A DNA stretch of 64,000 bases from Candidatus Omnitrophota bacterium. GTDB taxonomy: Bacteria; Omnitrophota; Omnitrophia; Omnitrophales; Aquincolibacteriaceae. Shown piece by piece: positions 1 to 8,612 of this stretch. How positions within the stretch are numbered: position 1 is the stretch's first letter; every line of letters starts with the position of its first letter. Where the stretch lies: assembly GCA_023247035.1 (NCBI GenBank), contig JAHFHG010000001.1, forward strand, positions 2,021 to 66,020, given 5' to 3'. The notes beneath the pieces were generated by a model. It was not told the origin of the DNA, ran no database searches, and worked only from the letters and a program-made list of their open reading frames with translations. Made by a program: the position numbers and the translations under genes.

Positions 1-630
1 GCAAGCCGTCCGATCAAAGAAAAAGAAATCGAAAAGGCCCGGCAGGCCGGCTATTATCCCGAAGAATTCAAGGTGGCGATGGACAGCCTGGCCGTGGTGG
101 TCCACAAAAATAATGCTGTCGAGGTTCTCAGCCTCAAACAAATCATGGGGATCTATACCGGCAAGATCAATAATTGGCAGGAGGTCGGAGGGAAAAACAG
201 CCCGATCCTCCGCTACTGCCGCGAATCCAACAGCGGCACTTATGTCTTCTTTAAGGAACAGGTACTGAAAAATTTTGATTACGCTCCGGACTGCCAGACG
301 ATGCCCGGTACAAGCGCGGTCGCTAACGCGGTTTCGAAAGATCCGGCGGGTATCGGCTACGGAGGAGCCGCTTATTTTTTAACGCAGCCTTCGTTGAGAA
401 TTCTTTCCATTCAGAAGAAGGACGGCGGGGAAGCGGTCAATCCTGCACAAGCCGCCGGGAAATTGGATTATGAAGCGGCCTGGACAGGGCGTTATCCTAT
501 TGCGCGCTATCTGTATATGTATACGGGATTCAAACCGAAAGGGAAAATTAAAAACTACCTGGATTGGATCCGCGGCCCGGAAGGGCAAAAAATTGTGGAA
601 GAAGCGGGCTACGTTCCTTTAAAATCCTAA
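1..630 (+). CDS. pstS: Phosphate ABC transporter substrate-binding protein (5'-truncated by window)
   Basis: Frame is open from base 1 (ASRPIKEKEIE...). RESNSGT motif, PBP-like sequence, first gene of the pst cluster. Confidence 0.92.
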   Translation, partial: ASRPIKEKEIEKARQAGYYPEEFKVAMDSLAVVVHKNNAVEVLSLKQIMGIYTGKINNWQEVGGKNSPILRYCRESNSGTYVFFKEQVLKNFDYAPDCQTMPGTSAVANAVSKDPAGIGYGGAAYFLTQPSLRILSIQKKDGGEAVNPAQAAGKLDYEAAWTGRYPIARYLYMYTGFKPKGKIKNYLDWIRGPEGQKIVEEAGYVPLKS

Positions 631-643
631 GCGAGCCGGATCT

Positions 644-1675
644 ATGCCCATTTTCCAAGACGCCGATTCTCCAAAGGAAGATCAGAACGCCCCTAGGGAA
701 GTGTTGCTTCCCCTAGGAGAGTCTTCTTTGGATTTTCAGCGTTTTATCACCTCCAAGAAATTCCACTTCTCGGAATGGCTGATGGAGAAATTGCTTCTGA
801 TCGCCGGCGTCTCCTCGGTTTTGATCATCCTGCTTATTTTTATCTTCCTCTTCAAGGAGGCTGTGTTCTTCTTTCAGACAGGCCGTCTCCTGGATCTGAT
901 TGGAAAATGGGTTTATGATCCCTGGGATGAAAAGACCTCATTTAAAATGATGTGGCAGGCCGTGTCGGAAATTCCAAAATATTCCCTTATCCCTCTTTTG
1001 TGCGGGAGTTTTTTGGTGGCTATCCCGGCGACGATTATTTCCACCATTCTCGGGATCGGCAGCGCGGTTTATCTGTCCGAAATCGCTTCGGCCAAGACGC
1101 GCGAAATATTGAAACCGACGCTGGAGCTTTTGGCCGGGATCCCGACCGTCGTGATCGGATTTTTTATGCTGGCCGTGGCCGCGAGTTTTCTGCAGGAGAT
1201 TTTCCATACCCAATTCCGCCTTAACGCGTTTGCCGGTTCCCTCGGGGTTGCCATCACCACGCTTCCGATTATCGTGACCCTTTCAGAAGACGCCTTGCGG
1301 GCCGTCCCTCAGGAACTCCGGAATGCCTCCCTGGCCTTGGGCGCTTCCAAGTGGCAGACGATCTGGGGAACGGCGCTGCCTGCCGCTGTTTCGGGGATCT
1401 CGGCCTCTGTGATTTTGGGTTTTGGCCGCGCGCTGGGCGAGACAATGATTGTGGTGATGGCTACGGGAAATGCGGCGCTGGTGACGGGCAATATTTTTTC
1501 CAGCGTCCGCACGATGACGGCCAATATTGCGGCGGAACTCGGTTCCGTGGACCGGGGAAGCGAGCACTATTACGCCCTTTTTGTCGTGGGCGCGGTTCTT
1601 TTTACGCTGACATTTTTCCTGAACCTTTCCTCCGAAATTGTTCTTAACAAAATGCGCCGCCGCTTAAGGATGTGA
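644..1675 (+). CDS. pstC: Phosphate ABC transporter permease PstC
   Basis: Multi-TM protein with ELLAGIPTVVIG, an EAA-like loop and RALGETMIV; operon context. Confidence 0.95.
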   Translation: MPIFQDADSPKEDQNAPREVLLPLGESSLDFQRFITSKKFHFSEWLMEKLLLIAGVSSVLIILLIFIFLFKEAVFFFQTGRLLDLIGKWVYDPWDEKTSFKMMWQAVSEIPKYSLIPLLCGSFLVAIPATIISTILGIGSAVYLSEIASAKTREILKPTLELLAGIPTVVIGFFMLAVAASFLQEIFHTQFRLNAFAGSLGVAITTLPIIVTLSEDALRAVPQELRNASLALGASKWQTIWGTALPAAVSGISASVILGFGRALGETMIVVMATGNAALVTGNIFSSVRTMTANIAAELGSVDRGSEHYYALFVVGAVLFTLTFFLNLSSEIVLNKMRRRLRM

Positions 1676-1676
1676 T

Positions 1677-2642
1677 ATGCCGGAACTTTTGCTCTCCCTT
1701 CCTAAATTGCGAAGCCGGAAAATAGACTGGGTTGAGATTGCCTCTTCTTTGACGGTCCGGTTTTTTACACTCGTTCCGCTGCTTGTGCTGCTGGCGATCT
1801 TAGGCAAAGTTTTTATCGAGGGTTCGGGGCGTATGAGCTGGTCCTTTTTAACCGAAGCCCCTGCCGAAGGAATGACTCAAGGAGGGATATTCCCCTGTAT
1901 TTTCGGCACGGCTGCGGTGACGGTTCTCATGATTATAATGGCCCTTCCTTTGGGCGTCGGAGCGGCCATTTATCTTGTTGAATACGGCAGCAGCAGCCTG
2001 CTTGTGCGGATGATCCGCGCTGCGGTGAACAATCTGGCCGGCGTGCCTTCTATTGTTTTTGGACTTTTCGGCGTCGGCTTTTTCATTCTCTTCGTCGGCC
2101 GGAATATCGATCGCGCGCTTCAGACAGGCCTTCTCTTCGGCCAGCCTTGTATGCTTTGGGCGGCGGCCACGCTTTCTGTTCTCACGCTTCCGGTGATTAT
2201 CGTGTCTACCGAGGAGGCGTTGAACGCGGTTCCGCAAAGCCACCGCGCCGCGTCTCTTGCGCTGGGAGCCACCAAGTGGCAGACGATCCGGGACGTTGTG
2301 TTGCCGCAGGCCCGCGGCGGGATTCTCACCGGCGCTATTCTGGCCATCAGCCGGGGCGCGGGCGAGACCGCGCCGATCCTTTTTACCGGCTGCGCCTACT
2401 TTCTGCCGCGCCTTCCGGTGGTGGAATTTTTAGGCATTCCGATGATCAATCCTTTGGACCAATTTATGGAACTTTCGTATCATATTTTCATTATGACGAC
2501 CCAGTCGATCAATGCCCAGGCCACGCGCCCCATTCAATATGCGACGACTTTGGTTTTGATTGTTTTGACGTTTTTACTTAATCTTTCAGCGGTCCTTTTG
2601 CGGTTTTATTTTAGAAAAAGGCTGGGACGGATTTCCCTGTAG
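1677..2642 (+). CDS. pstA: Phosphate ABC transporter permease PstA
   Basis: NLAGVPSIVFGLFG and RGAGETAP motifs; operon context. Confidence 0.95.
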   Translation: MPELLLSLPKLRSRKIDWVEIASSLTVRFFTLVPLLVLLAILGKVFIEGSGRMSWSFLTEAPAEGMTQGGIFPCIFGTAAVTVLMIIMALPLGVGAAIYLVEYGSSSLLVRMIRAAVNNLAGVPSIVFGLFGVGFFILFVGRNIDRALQTGLLFGQPCMLWAAATLSVLTLPVIIVSTEEALNAVPQSHRAASLALGATKWQTIRDVVLPQARGGILTGAILAISRGAGETAPILFTGCAYFLPRLPVVEFLGIPMINPLDQFMELSYHIFIMTTQSINAQATRPIQYATTLVLIVLTFLLNLSAVLLRFYFRKRLGRISL

Positions 2643-2832
2643 CGAAATGACGTTTGAAATGCCGGGCAGGGAATATCCGAGGCTCCGTCAGAGGGGAAGT
2701 GATCCGCCATTTCTTCAAACTCCGGCGGAGCGCGATTTCTCAAGTGAGCAAGTGAGTTTGAATCCTAAGAAAGTAAGTTGGGTTCTGCGAATTTCCGAAT
2801 TCATGGAACATCACTCTTTGTGAGACAAGCGG

Positions 2833-2956
2833 TTGTCATTCCCGCGGCGGCCCCGAGAAACACCAAGCGTTTCCGGAGCTCAAGTCCTGGGAATCGCTCT
2901 GCGATTTCACGGGGGAATCCAAAATCCGTCATTCCCGATAAAAACATTCATGACGG
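2833..2956. repeat. Degenerate nested palindromic REP-like element (GTCATTCCCG family with an inner CCCCG...TTTCACGGGG palindrome)
   Basis: TTGTCATTCCCGC...GGGAATCCA...GTCATTCCCGATAAAAACATTCATGACGG resembles the intact element at 4640-4714. Confidence 0.65.
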
Positions 2957-3008
2957 AAAGAAAAGCAAAATTTGCGGAACTCAAGAATAAAGTAAGAAAG
3001 GCGGAACC

Positions 3009-3899
3009 ATGCGGAATGAAAAATGCGAGTTCACGGAAGCTGAAGAAGACACCTTCGAGCCTAAGGAGAATCCTATTTTAAGCCACGAGGAATTGAATTC
3101 CGACGAAAACGCTGGGCCGTCCCAGCCGGAATCGCTGGAAAAGGGGCGCATTAAAATCCGTGTGCGGAATTTAAGTTTGTTCTACGGCCCGACCCAGGCT
3201 TTGAAACAGGTCTATATGAAGATTTTGCGCCAGTCCGTGACGGCGCTGATCGGCCCTTCGGGATGCGGGAAGTCCACCTTTTTGCGGACGCTGAACCGGA
3301 TGAACGATACCATTCCCGGAGTGCGGATTGAGGGGCGGGTCCGGATCGATAACATTGATATTTACGGGCCTCAAATCAATGTCGTCGCTTTGCGCCGCGT
3401 GGTCGGGATGGTTTTTCAAAAATCAAACCCCTTTCCGAAAAGTATTTTTGACAACGTCGCTTACGGCCCGCGCCTGCACCGCATTAAAAGCCGGATTACC
3501 TTGAAGGAAATCGTCGAATCAAGTTTAAAAAAGGCGGCGTTGTGGGATGAGGTCAAGGACCGCCTTCATCAGTCCGCAATGGAGCTTTCCGGCGGCCAGC
3601 AGCAGAGGCTTTGCATTGCGAGGGCCTTGGCCGTGAATCCCGAGATTCTTTTAATGGACGAGCCGGCTTCCGCCCTCGACCCCATTTCTACGGGAAAAAT
3701 CGAAGAGCTGATCCATTCCCTGAAAGAAAATTACACGATCATTATCGTGACTCATAATATGCAGCAGGCGGCAAGGATCAGCGACTATACGGCTTATTTT
3801 TACCTTGGCTCCCTGGTGGAATATGGAACCACCAAGAAAATTTTTACCAATCCCGAACGCAAAGAGACCGAAGATTACGTGACCGGCAGGTTCGGGTAA
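3009..3899 (+). CDS. pstB: Phosphate ABC transporter ATP-binding protein PstB
   Basis: Walker [18 protein letters not shown] signature, [10 protein letters not shown]-terminal YVTGRFG. Confidence 0.97.
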   Translation: MRNEKCEFTEAEEDTFEPKENPILSHEELNSDENAGPSQPESLEKGRIKIRVRNLSLFYGPTQALKQVYMKILRQSVTALIGPSGCGKSTFLRTLNRMNDTIPGVRIEGRVRIDNIDIYGPQINVVALRRVVGMVFQKSNPFPKSIFDNVAYGPRLHRIKSRITLKEIVESSLKKAALWDEVKDRLHQSAMELSGGQQQRLCIARALAVNPEILLMDEPASALDPISTGKIEELIHSLKENYTIIIVTHNMQQAARISDYTAYFYLGSLVEYGTTKKIFTNPERKETEDYVTGRFG

Positions 3900-3926
3900 C
3901 AGCCCAAGGGGGTTAAACGCCTATTT

Positions 3927-4592
3927 ATGTCCAGACATTTTCACGAAGAGCTTGAGGATCTGAAAAAAAGGCTCATCGAAATGAGCCTGCTCGTGGAAGA
4001 GGCAATTCAACGGGCGATTGAAGGGCTCCTTTATCGGAACACCGAGGCCGCTAAAGAAGTTTTCAAAAAGGAAAAGGTGATCAACAAACTTGAAATCGAG
4101 ATTGACGATAAGGGGCACAGTCTGCTGGCCCTTGGCCAGCCTATGGCCGTAGATATGCGGCTTATTACCTCCATTCTCAAAATCAATACGGACCTCGAGC
4201 GGCTGGGAGACCACGCCGTGAATATCGCCGAGCGGGCCCTTCTGCTTGCCGAAGAGCCTCGACTGGAAACCAACCTTTGTCTTCCTCAAATGACACAAGC
4301 TGTTCAGAGAATGCTCAGGATATCCCTGCGTGCTTTTATGACAGGCGATTTGGAGCTCGCGGGAAGAGCGCTTAAAGGCGACGACGAGGTGGACGCTTAC
4401 AATGATTTTCTTTATTCTCGAATGCAAGAGCTGATGGAAAAAGATGAGCTTGTCATCAAAACGGGAATGAAGCTTGTGCGGGTAGGGCACGATTTGGAAA
4501 GAATCGCGGACCTCGCCAACAACATTGCTGAAGACGTGATTTATTTAAAGCAGGGTAAAGAGGTCAGGCATCACCTCCACGATCCTGCCTAG
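3927..4592 (+). CDS. phoU: Phosphate signalling protein PhoU
   Basis: Two PhoU repeats (DLERLGDHA, DLERIADLA); follows pstB. Confidence 0.96.
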   Translation: MSRHFHEELEDLKKRLIEMSLLVEEAIQRAIEGLLYRNTEAAKEVFKKEKVINKLEIEIDDKGHSLLALGQPMAVDMRLITSILKINTDLERLGDHAVNIAERALLLAEEPRLETNLCLPQMTQAVQRMLRISLRAFMTGDLELAGRALKGDDEVDAYNDFLYSRMQELMEKDELVIKTGMKLVRVGHDLERIADLANNIAEDVIYLKQGKEVRHHLHDPA

Positions 4593-4736
4593 AAGCGTTC
4601 TCATAAAGAACCGCTTCTAGTACGGTGTCAATTTTATTTTTGTCATTCCCGCACGATGTTAAGCGGGAATCCACAAGCTTTGGATTCCCGATGAAACCAT
4701 TCGGGAATGACAATTTTAAACTTGACAGGGTACTAG
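4589..4736. mobile_element. Two abutting CTAG-bounded palindromes (32 bp and 120 bp MITE-like); the larger encloses a GTCATTCCCG...GGGAATGAC REP-like element
   Basis: CTAGAAGCG..CGCTTCTAG at 4589-4620. CTAGTACGGTGTCAA / TTGACAGGGTACTAG inverted ends (13/15 match) at 4617-4736. Inner TGTCATTCCCG..GCGGGAATCCA..TGGATTCCCG..TCGGGAATGACA. Confidence 0.7.
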
Positions 4737-4961
4737 GTTGGTTCAATTTTTCGGGTTTTTATCCTGATATTTCAGCGTCCAGATTTCAGAAACCACGACG
4801 TCTTCTGAAGCTACCCTATATCCCGGGTCGCGGGAAGAATCCATGGAATCGCCCTACTTTTCCAATAGAGTGGGGGCGCCTTGATCACTTGGCTGGCCCC
4901 TATCTGGATTCCCTCCGTTTTTAGAATCATTGAGGCGTTTTTTCTTGAGTCGAAATAAAGA

Positions 4962-4990
4962 TTGACATTCAAAGGCAACAAGTGCATTAT
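4962..4990 (+). promoter_or_regulatory. Sigma70-type promoter of the cold-shock gene
   Basis: TTGACA-N17-CATTAT about 150 nt upstream of the csp ATG. Confidence 0.6.
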
Positions 4991-5014
4991 CACTGCCTAA
5001 TCGAGAGTGAACTT

Positions 5015-5058
5015 ATCCGTAAGGCTTAAGACTTTCGCCTTACGGATTTTTTTATTTA
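5015..5058 (+). terminator. Intrinsic terminator-like hairpin within the csp leader
   Basis: ATCCGTAAGGC-loop-GCCTTACGGAT, an 11-bp perfect stem followed by a T-run. Confidence 0.7.
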
Positions 5059-5139
5059 GGCCGCTTTTCAAGGATGCCCTTCTAAATAAATAGCCCGCTC
5101 TAAAAGTTTTTTATCTTCAAAAGAAAGGAGGATTTTCCA

Positions 5140-5340
5140 ATGGAAACAGGTATTGTGAAATGGTTTGATAACTCCAAAGGTTATGGATTTATCTCCCGTA
5201 GTACCGGCAAAGATGTGTTTGTTCACCACTCTGCAATTCAGGGTGAGGGTTACAAGTCCCTGTCCGAAGGCCAGCAGGTCGAGTTTGAAGTGACTCGAGG
5301 GCCCAAGGGCGATCAAGCCGTCAATGTTGTTGTGCGGTAG
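5140..5340 (+). CDS. cspA: Cold-shock protein (CspA family)
   Basis: GIVKWF, RNP1 KGYGFI, RNP2 VFVHHS; strong AGGAGG RBS. Confidence 0.96.
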   Translation: METGIVKWFDNSKGYGFISRSTGKDVFVHHSAIQGEGYKSLSEGQQVEFEVTRGPKGDQAVNVVVR

Positions 5341-5345
5341 TCACG

Positions 5346-5378
5346 AGCCCGGCTGTAAAAGGCCGGGCTATTTTTTTT
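5346..5378 (+). terminator. Rho-independent terminator of csp
   Basis: AGCCCGGCT-GTAAAA-GGCCGGGCT followed by A and T8. Confidence 0.85.
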
Positions 5379-5774
5379 GAGATTGTGTGAGATTGTGTTA
5401 GACATTCGCTCCAATTTGTAATTTACTACATCAAGGAATAGGGATTTTAGACTTAGGCTGGCGCCTTAAGCTTCCTATTCCTTCTCTACTGGATTTCTCC
5501 TTCGCGGCCGATGCTTTAAAGAATCATGATACCGCAGCGCCAGAGCCGGCCAGCTCATCAAACGCAATAGGCGGATAAAGCCGCCGCGCAAGGGTAGCAT
5601 GTTTCTTAACCTTAGAAGAGGGATCATGCCGATGAGTCCAACGTCGTTCCAAAAAGAAAAACGGTTATTAATATCCTCGAGCGGGGCGTCCATTGCCGAT
5701 TTCAACAACCTCGCGCTTTCAGTCTGGCGGGCTGCAGAGGACTGGAATGCGATGCCGAAATCCTCGAGAGTGAT

Positions 5775-6980
5775 TTGATGCGGAAAATATTGCCCGATCC
5801 GGATTACGCGTTTAAAAAGATCAACTGGGCGAATATCCTATTTTTTACGGTGACCGGCGTCGGCGGGCTTGGGGTCATGCCGTTTTACCTGCACCGGAAC
5901 GGTTTTGTGCTTTCGGACTGGATCCTTTTTGCCGTTTATTTTGTTTGTTCGGGCTTGAGCATTACCGCCGGCTACCACCGGCTTTACGCGCACCGCACTT
6001 ATCAGGCCCGTCCGCTGCTTCAACTTTTCCTTCTTTTTTTCGGCGCCTCGGCTTTCGAACAGTCCGCCCTCAAATGGTCGTCGCAGCACAGGAATCATCA
6101 TCTTTATCTGGACACCGAACGTGATCCCTACTCGATCACGAAAGGATTCTGGCACGCCCACATGGGCTGGCTGGTCGGCTGGGACAGGACAAAGAATTTT
6201 GAGAACGTCGCCGATCTTCGTCAAAACGCACTGATCGTCCACCAGCACGCCCATTTTAAGCTTTGGGCGATTGGTGCGGGGATCGTGACGCCAGTTCTGA
6301 TCGGCGCTCTGGCCGGCCATGCCCTCGGGGCTTTTTTGATCGGGGTCTGTTTTCGAATTGTCTTCGTTCAGCAGATGACTTTTTGCATCAATTCCTTTTG
6401 CCACTTGATCGGGACGGCCAATTACGATCCGAGCACGAGCGCGCGGGACCACTGGTTCATCGCTCTTTTGACCTTCGGAGAGGGCTACCATAATTTTCAC
6501 CACCGGTTTCCGAGCGATTATCGAAACGGCATCCGCTGGTATCACTGGGACCCGAGCAAGTGGGCCATCTCGCTCTTTCGCAGGGCAGGACAGGCCTATA
6601 ATCTTCGCAAAGCGCCTTATTTTCATATTCTGCACGCGCGCCTGGCCAGCCAAAATCGCCAGGTCCGGTTACGGCTTGCCCAAAAACTGTCCCGCCACCC
6701 GGACTTCATCCGGTTCAACCGCGCCTTTGAACGTCATTATCAAAAACTTCAGCGGGCTTTTTCGAGTTTCCAATCCGCGGCGACAGAATACCAGCGGCTT
6801 GTCCGCGCCAAGGTCGCTTCACGGGCATCCGTGGAGGGAATTAAAAAAACAGCTTTAGAAAATCTCCGCGCCCGCAAAGAGGCATTCCGTTCTACGTATC
6901 AGAAATGGGTGAGGTATATTGAAGCCCGGCTGGCCGTTGAAGCGTTGCCGCTGCAAGCAGACAAAAGGGGGATTTCGTGA
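5775..6980 (+). CDS. Delta-9-type fatty acid (acyl-CoA/acyl-lipid) desaturase
   Basis: Three His boxes (HRLYAH, HRNHH, HNFHH), GEGYHN, DPSKW; hydrophobic segments. Confidence 0.93.
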   Translation: MMRKILPDPDYAFKKINWANILFFTVTGVGGLGVMPFYLHRNGFVLSDWILFAVYFVCSGLSITAGYHRLYAHRTYQARPLLQLFLLFFGASAFEQSALKWSSQHRNHHLYLDTERDPYSITKGFWHAHMGWLVGWDRTKNFENVADLRQNALIVHQHAHFKLWAIGAGIVTPVLIGALAGHALGAFLIGVCFRIVFVQQMTFCINSFCHLIGTANYDPSTSARDHWFIALLTFGEGYHNFHHRFPSDYRNGIRWYHWDPSKWAISLFRRAGQAYNLRKAPYFHILHARLASQNRQVRLRLAQKLSRHPDFIRFNRAFERHYQKLQRAFSSFQSAATEYQRLVRAKVASRASVEGIKKTALENLRARKEAFRSTYQKWVRYIEARLAVEALPLQADKRGIS

Positions 6981-7315
6981 GTCTTGAATGGCAAAGGAAA
7001 ACCGACGGGCTGTGGCCCGAGCTTTCCCAATTCAATCCAAACGGGAGCCTCGAAGGAGTCTGCATTATTTGACGCGGCGTGCCTGATCCCGGAATTGTGG
7101 GTGTCGGGCACGGGAACATCGGAGAGCGTTTAAAATCCGAATTCGAAGATGAGCGCGTCCGCCCTTTTTTGAAATACCGGCTTTATGTCGGCTGGGCGCC
7201 GGCTGCGATGAATGCCAGGCTGGGGATCGTGATTTATCTCATGGATAAATTAAGCCTGAAGGTGGAAGCGAAAGCGATCCCCGTGAATTTGCCTTGGAGG
7301 CTGAAAGAAAATTAG
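6977..7315 (+). pseudogene. Small hypothetical (GIY-YIG-like) gene interrupted by an in-frame TGA at 7070-7072
   Basis: GTG overlaps the desaturase stop (GTGA). The frame reads ...EGVCII*RGVPDPGIVGVGHGNIGERL...LYVGWA...IPVNLPW, continuous across the stop. Confidence 0.55.
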
Positions 7316-7542
7316 AAGCGGTTTCACAAGTCATTGTAAGTCTAAGGGCAGGCTCCTTGCGGCTTTTGGACGGACCCCTCCCTATCCCGCGCATCATTCC
7401 AAAGAGTTTTATTCGGATAGCCCCCGAAAGATTTTCCTGGGATCCCGAAGCGCAATTTTTTTTCGCCCGGCCTCCGGTTGATTTTCGTTTTTTGTTAGAT
7501 GGCCGCCTCGATAAGCCGCCCAGGATCCTTCCCTCTTTTTAA

Positions 7543-7892
7543 TTTCCGCAGTTTTATTCATTTATCAAATCCCCGACGGCATCGACAGCCGGCAGAGACC
7601 GCTTTTCAGCAGGTTTTAGTTTTGCCTATCACCGTTACCCTTCGATCTCCGCCCGTGACGCCCGCCAGCTTCATCACCGGGGCCGGAATGTGCACGGAAA
7701 AAATCATGAAACGTTTTACAATCTCGACTTCGGCTACGGCCTTCTCGAGGATTTTGATTTTTATCTTTCTGCCCCGGTTGTTTCCAAGAATTCCATTGAA
7801 ATCCACGATCATGAGACCCTGGAATGAAAGAAAGAGCGGCGGGTTTCGGCGATAGGCAGCTCCTCGGCAAGCGCCGGATCAGATTCCGTTGA
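7543..7892 (+). pseudogene. Frameshifted fragment of a putative outer-membrane 'transporter'-family protein
   Basis: Startless frame ...RFSAGFSFAYHRY...FYNLDFGYGLLEDFDFYLSAPVVSK...ETL continues in another frame as GMKERAAGFGDRQLLGKRR (GxGD..L.K pattern). Confidence 0.45.
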
Positions 7893-7960
7893 TTTCCCGT
7901 GGCGATAAGGCTGTTTTGCGGTAGAATTGAGACGATTACTTTCAGCGGTTCCCGAAATTT

Positions 7961-8612
7961 ATGAGTTATAAATTTATCATTGATACAAACATACTCGATG
8001 AAGAGTCTGTCGATCAATGGGTGAGCGGCGGAATCATATCAGCTAAAGCAGAAATTGACACTTCTATCGAATGGAGGTGAGTTCACAGATGAAGAGAAAC
8101 GAGAAATCAGCGCTTATTTAGAATCATGGAAAGTCAAAAAGGAAAACAATCGGGAAGCGTACAAATCGATGCGAGTGGAGATCATTAAGAAATTACAAGA
8201 GGACAAATCACTTTCTCGGAAAGGGTCAAGTTTTAATTCATTTCTAAAATTAACATTTGAGCCGACAGCAATTGAGAAAATCAAAAATAGTATTACTGAG
8301 GTTTCAAAATCCAAAGGATACGATCCCCCCTCGGATTCCCTTGATTTTCCAAGGGAGAGGGGAGGAGGGGCGATATCCATTGAGTCCCGAAACCTCAGTA
8401 ACTCGAAAATTCCAAAAGATCGATTGGTTGAATATTGGACGCAACACAAGGAAAGATGCCCCTATTTTAATAAGGCCGTAGAATGAAAATGGATTTATTA
8501 AAGCAGCGTGTGAGACTTTATTCCCGAATAAGGATTTTTTTACAGTTGAACAATTTGTGACATTTTTACAGAGCACAGTTCCGGCCTTCAAGCGATCACA
8601 AGATAACCTTCA
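7961..8612 (+). pseudogene. AT-rich, fragmented putative PIN-domain protein gene (includes ORF 8055-8486)
   Basis: 7961-8080 encodes MSYKFIIDTNILD (PIN N-terminal motif). It is followed by ORF 8055-8486 and a further frame NENGFIKAACETLFPNKDFFTVEQF. Visibly lower GC than its neighbours. Confidence 0.45.

Noticed and set aside
4740-4930. Hairpins and short ORFs upstream of the csp promoter as an ncRNA or gene
   Set aside because: No recognisable RNA family or protein motif; the evidence is too weak.
5379-5402. Short direct repeat GAGATTGTGT/GAGATTGTGT (and GATATAG x2 near 14403)
   Set aside because: Only two short units, compatible with chance or slippage.
7070-7072. Genome-wide TGA recoding (genetic code 4/25)
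   Set aside because: Conserved genes such as pstC, mqnA, mqnC and wzc end at TGA at expected positions and use TGG for Trp.
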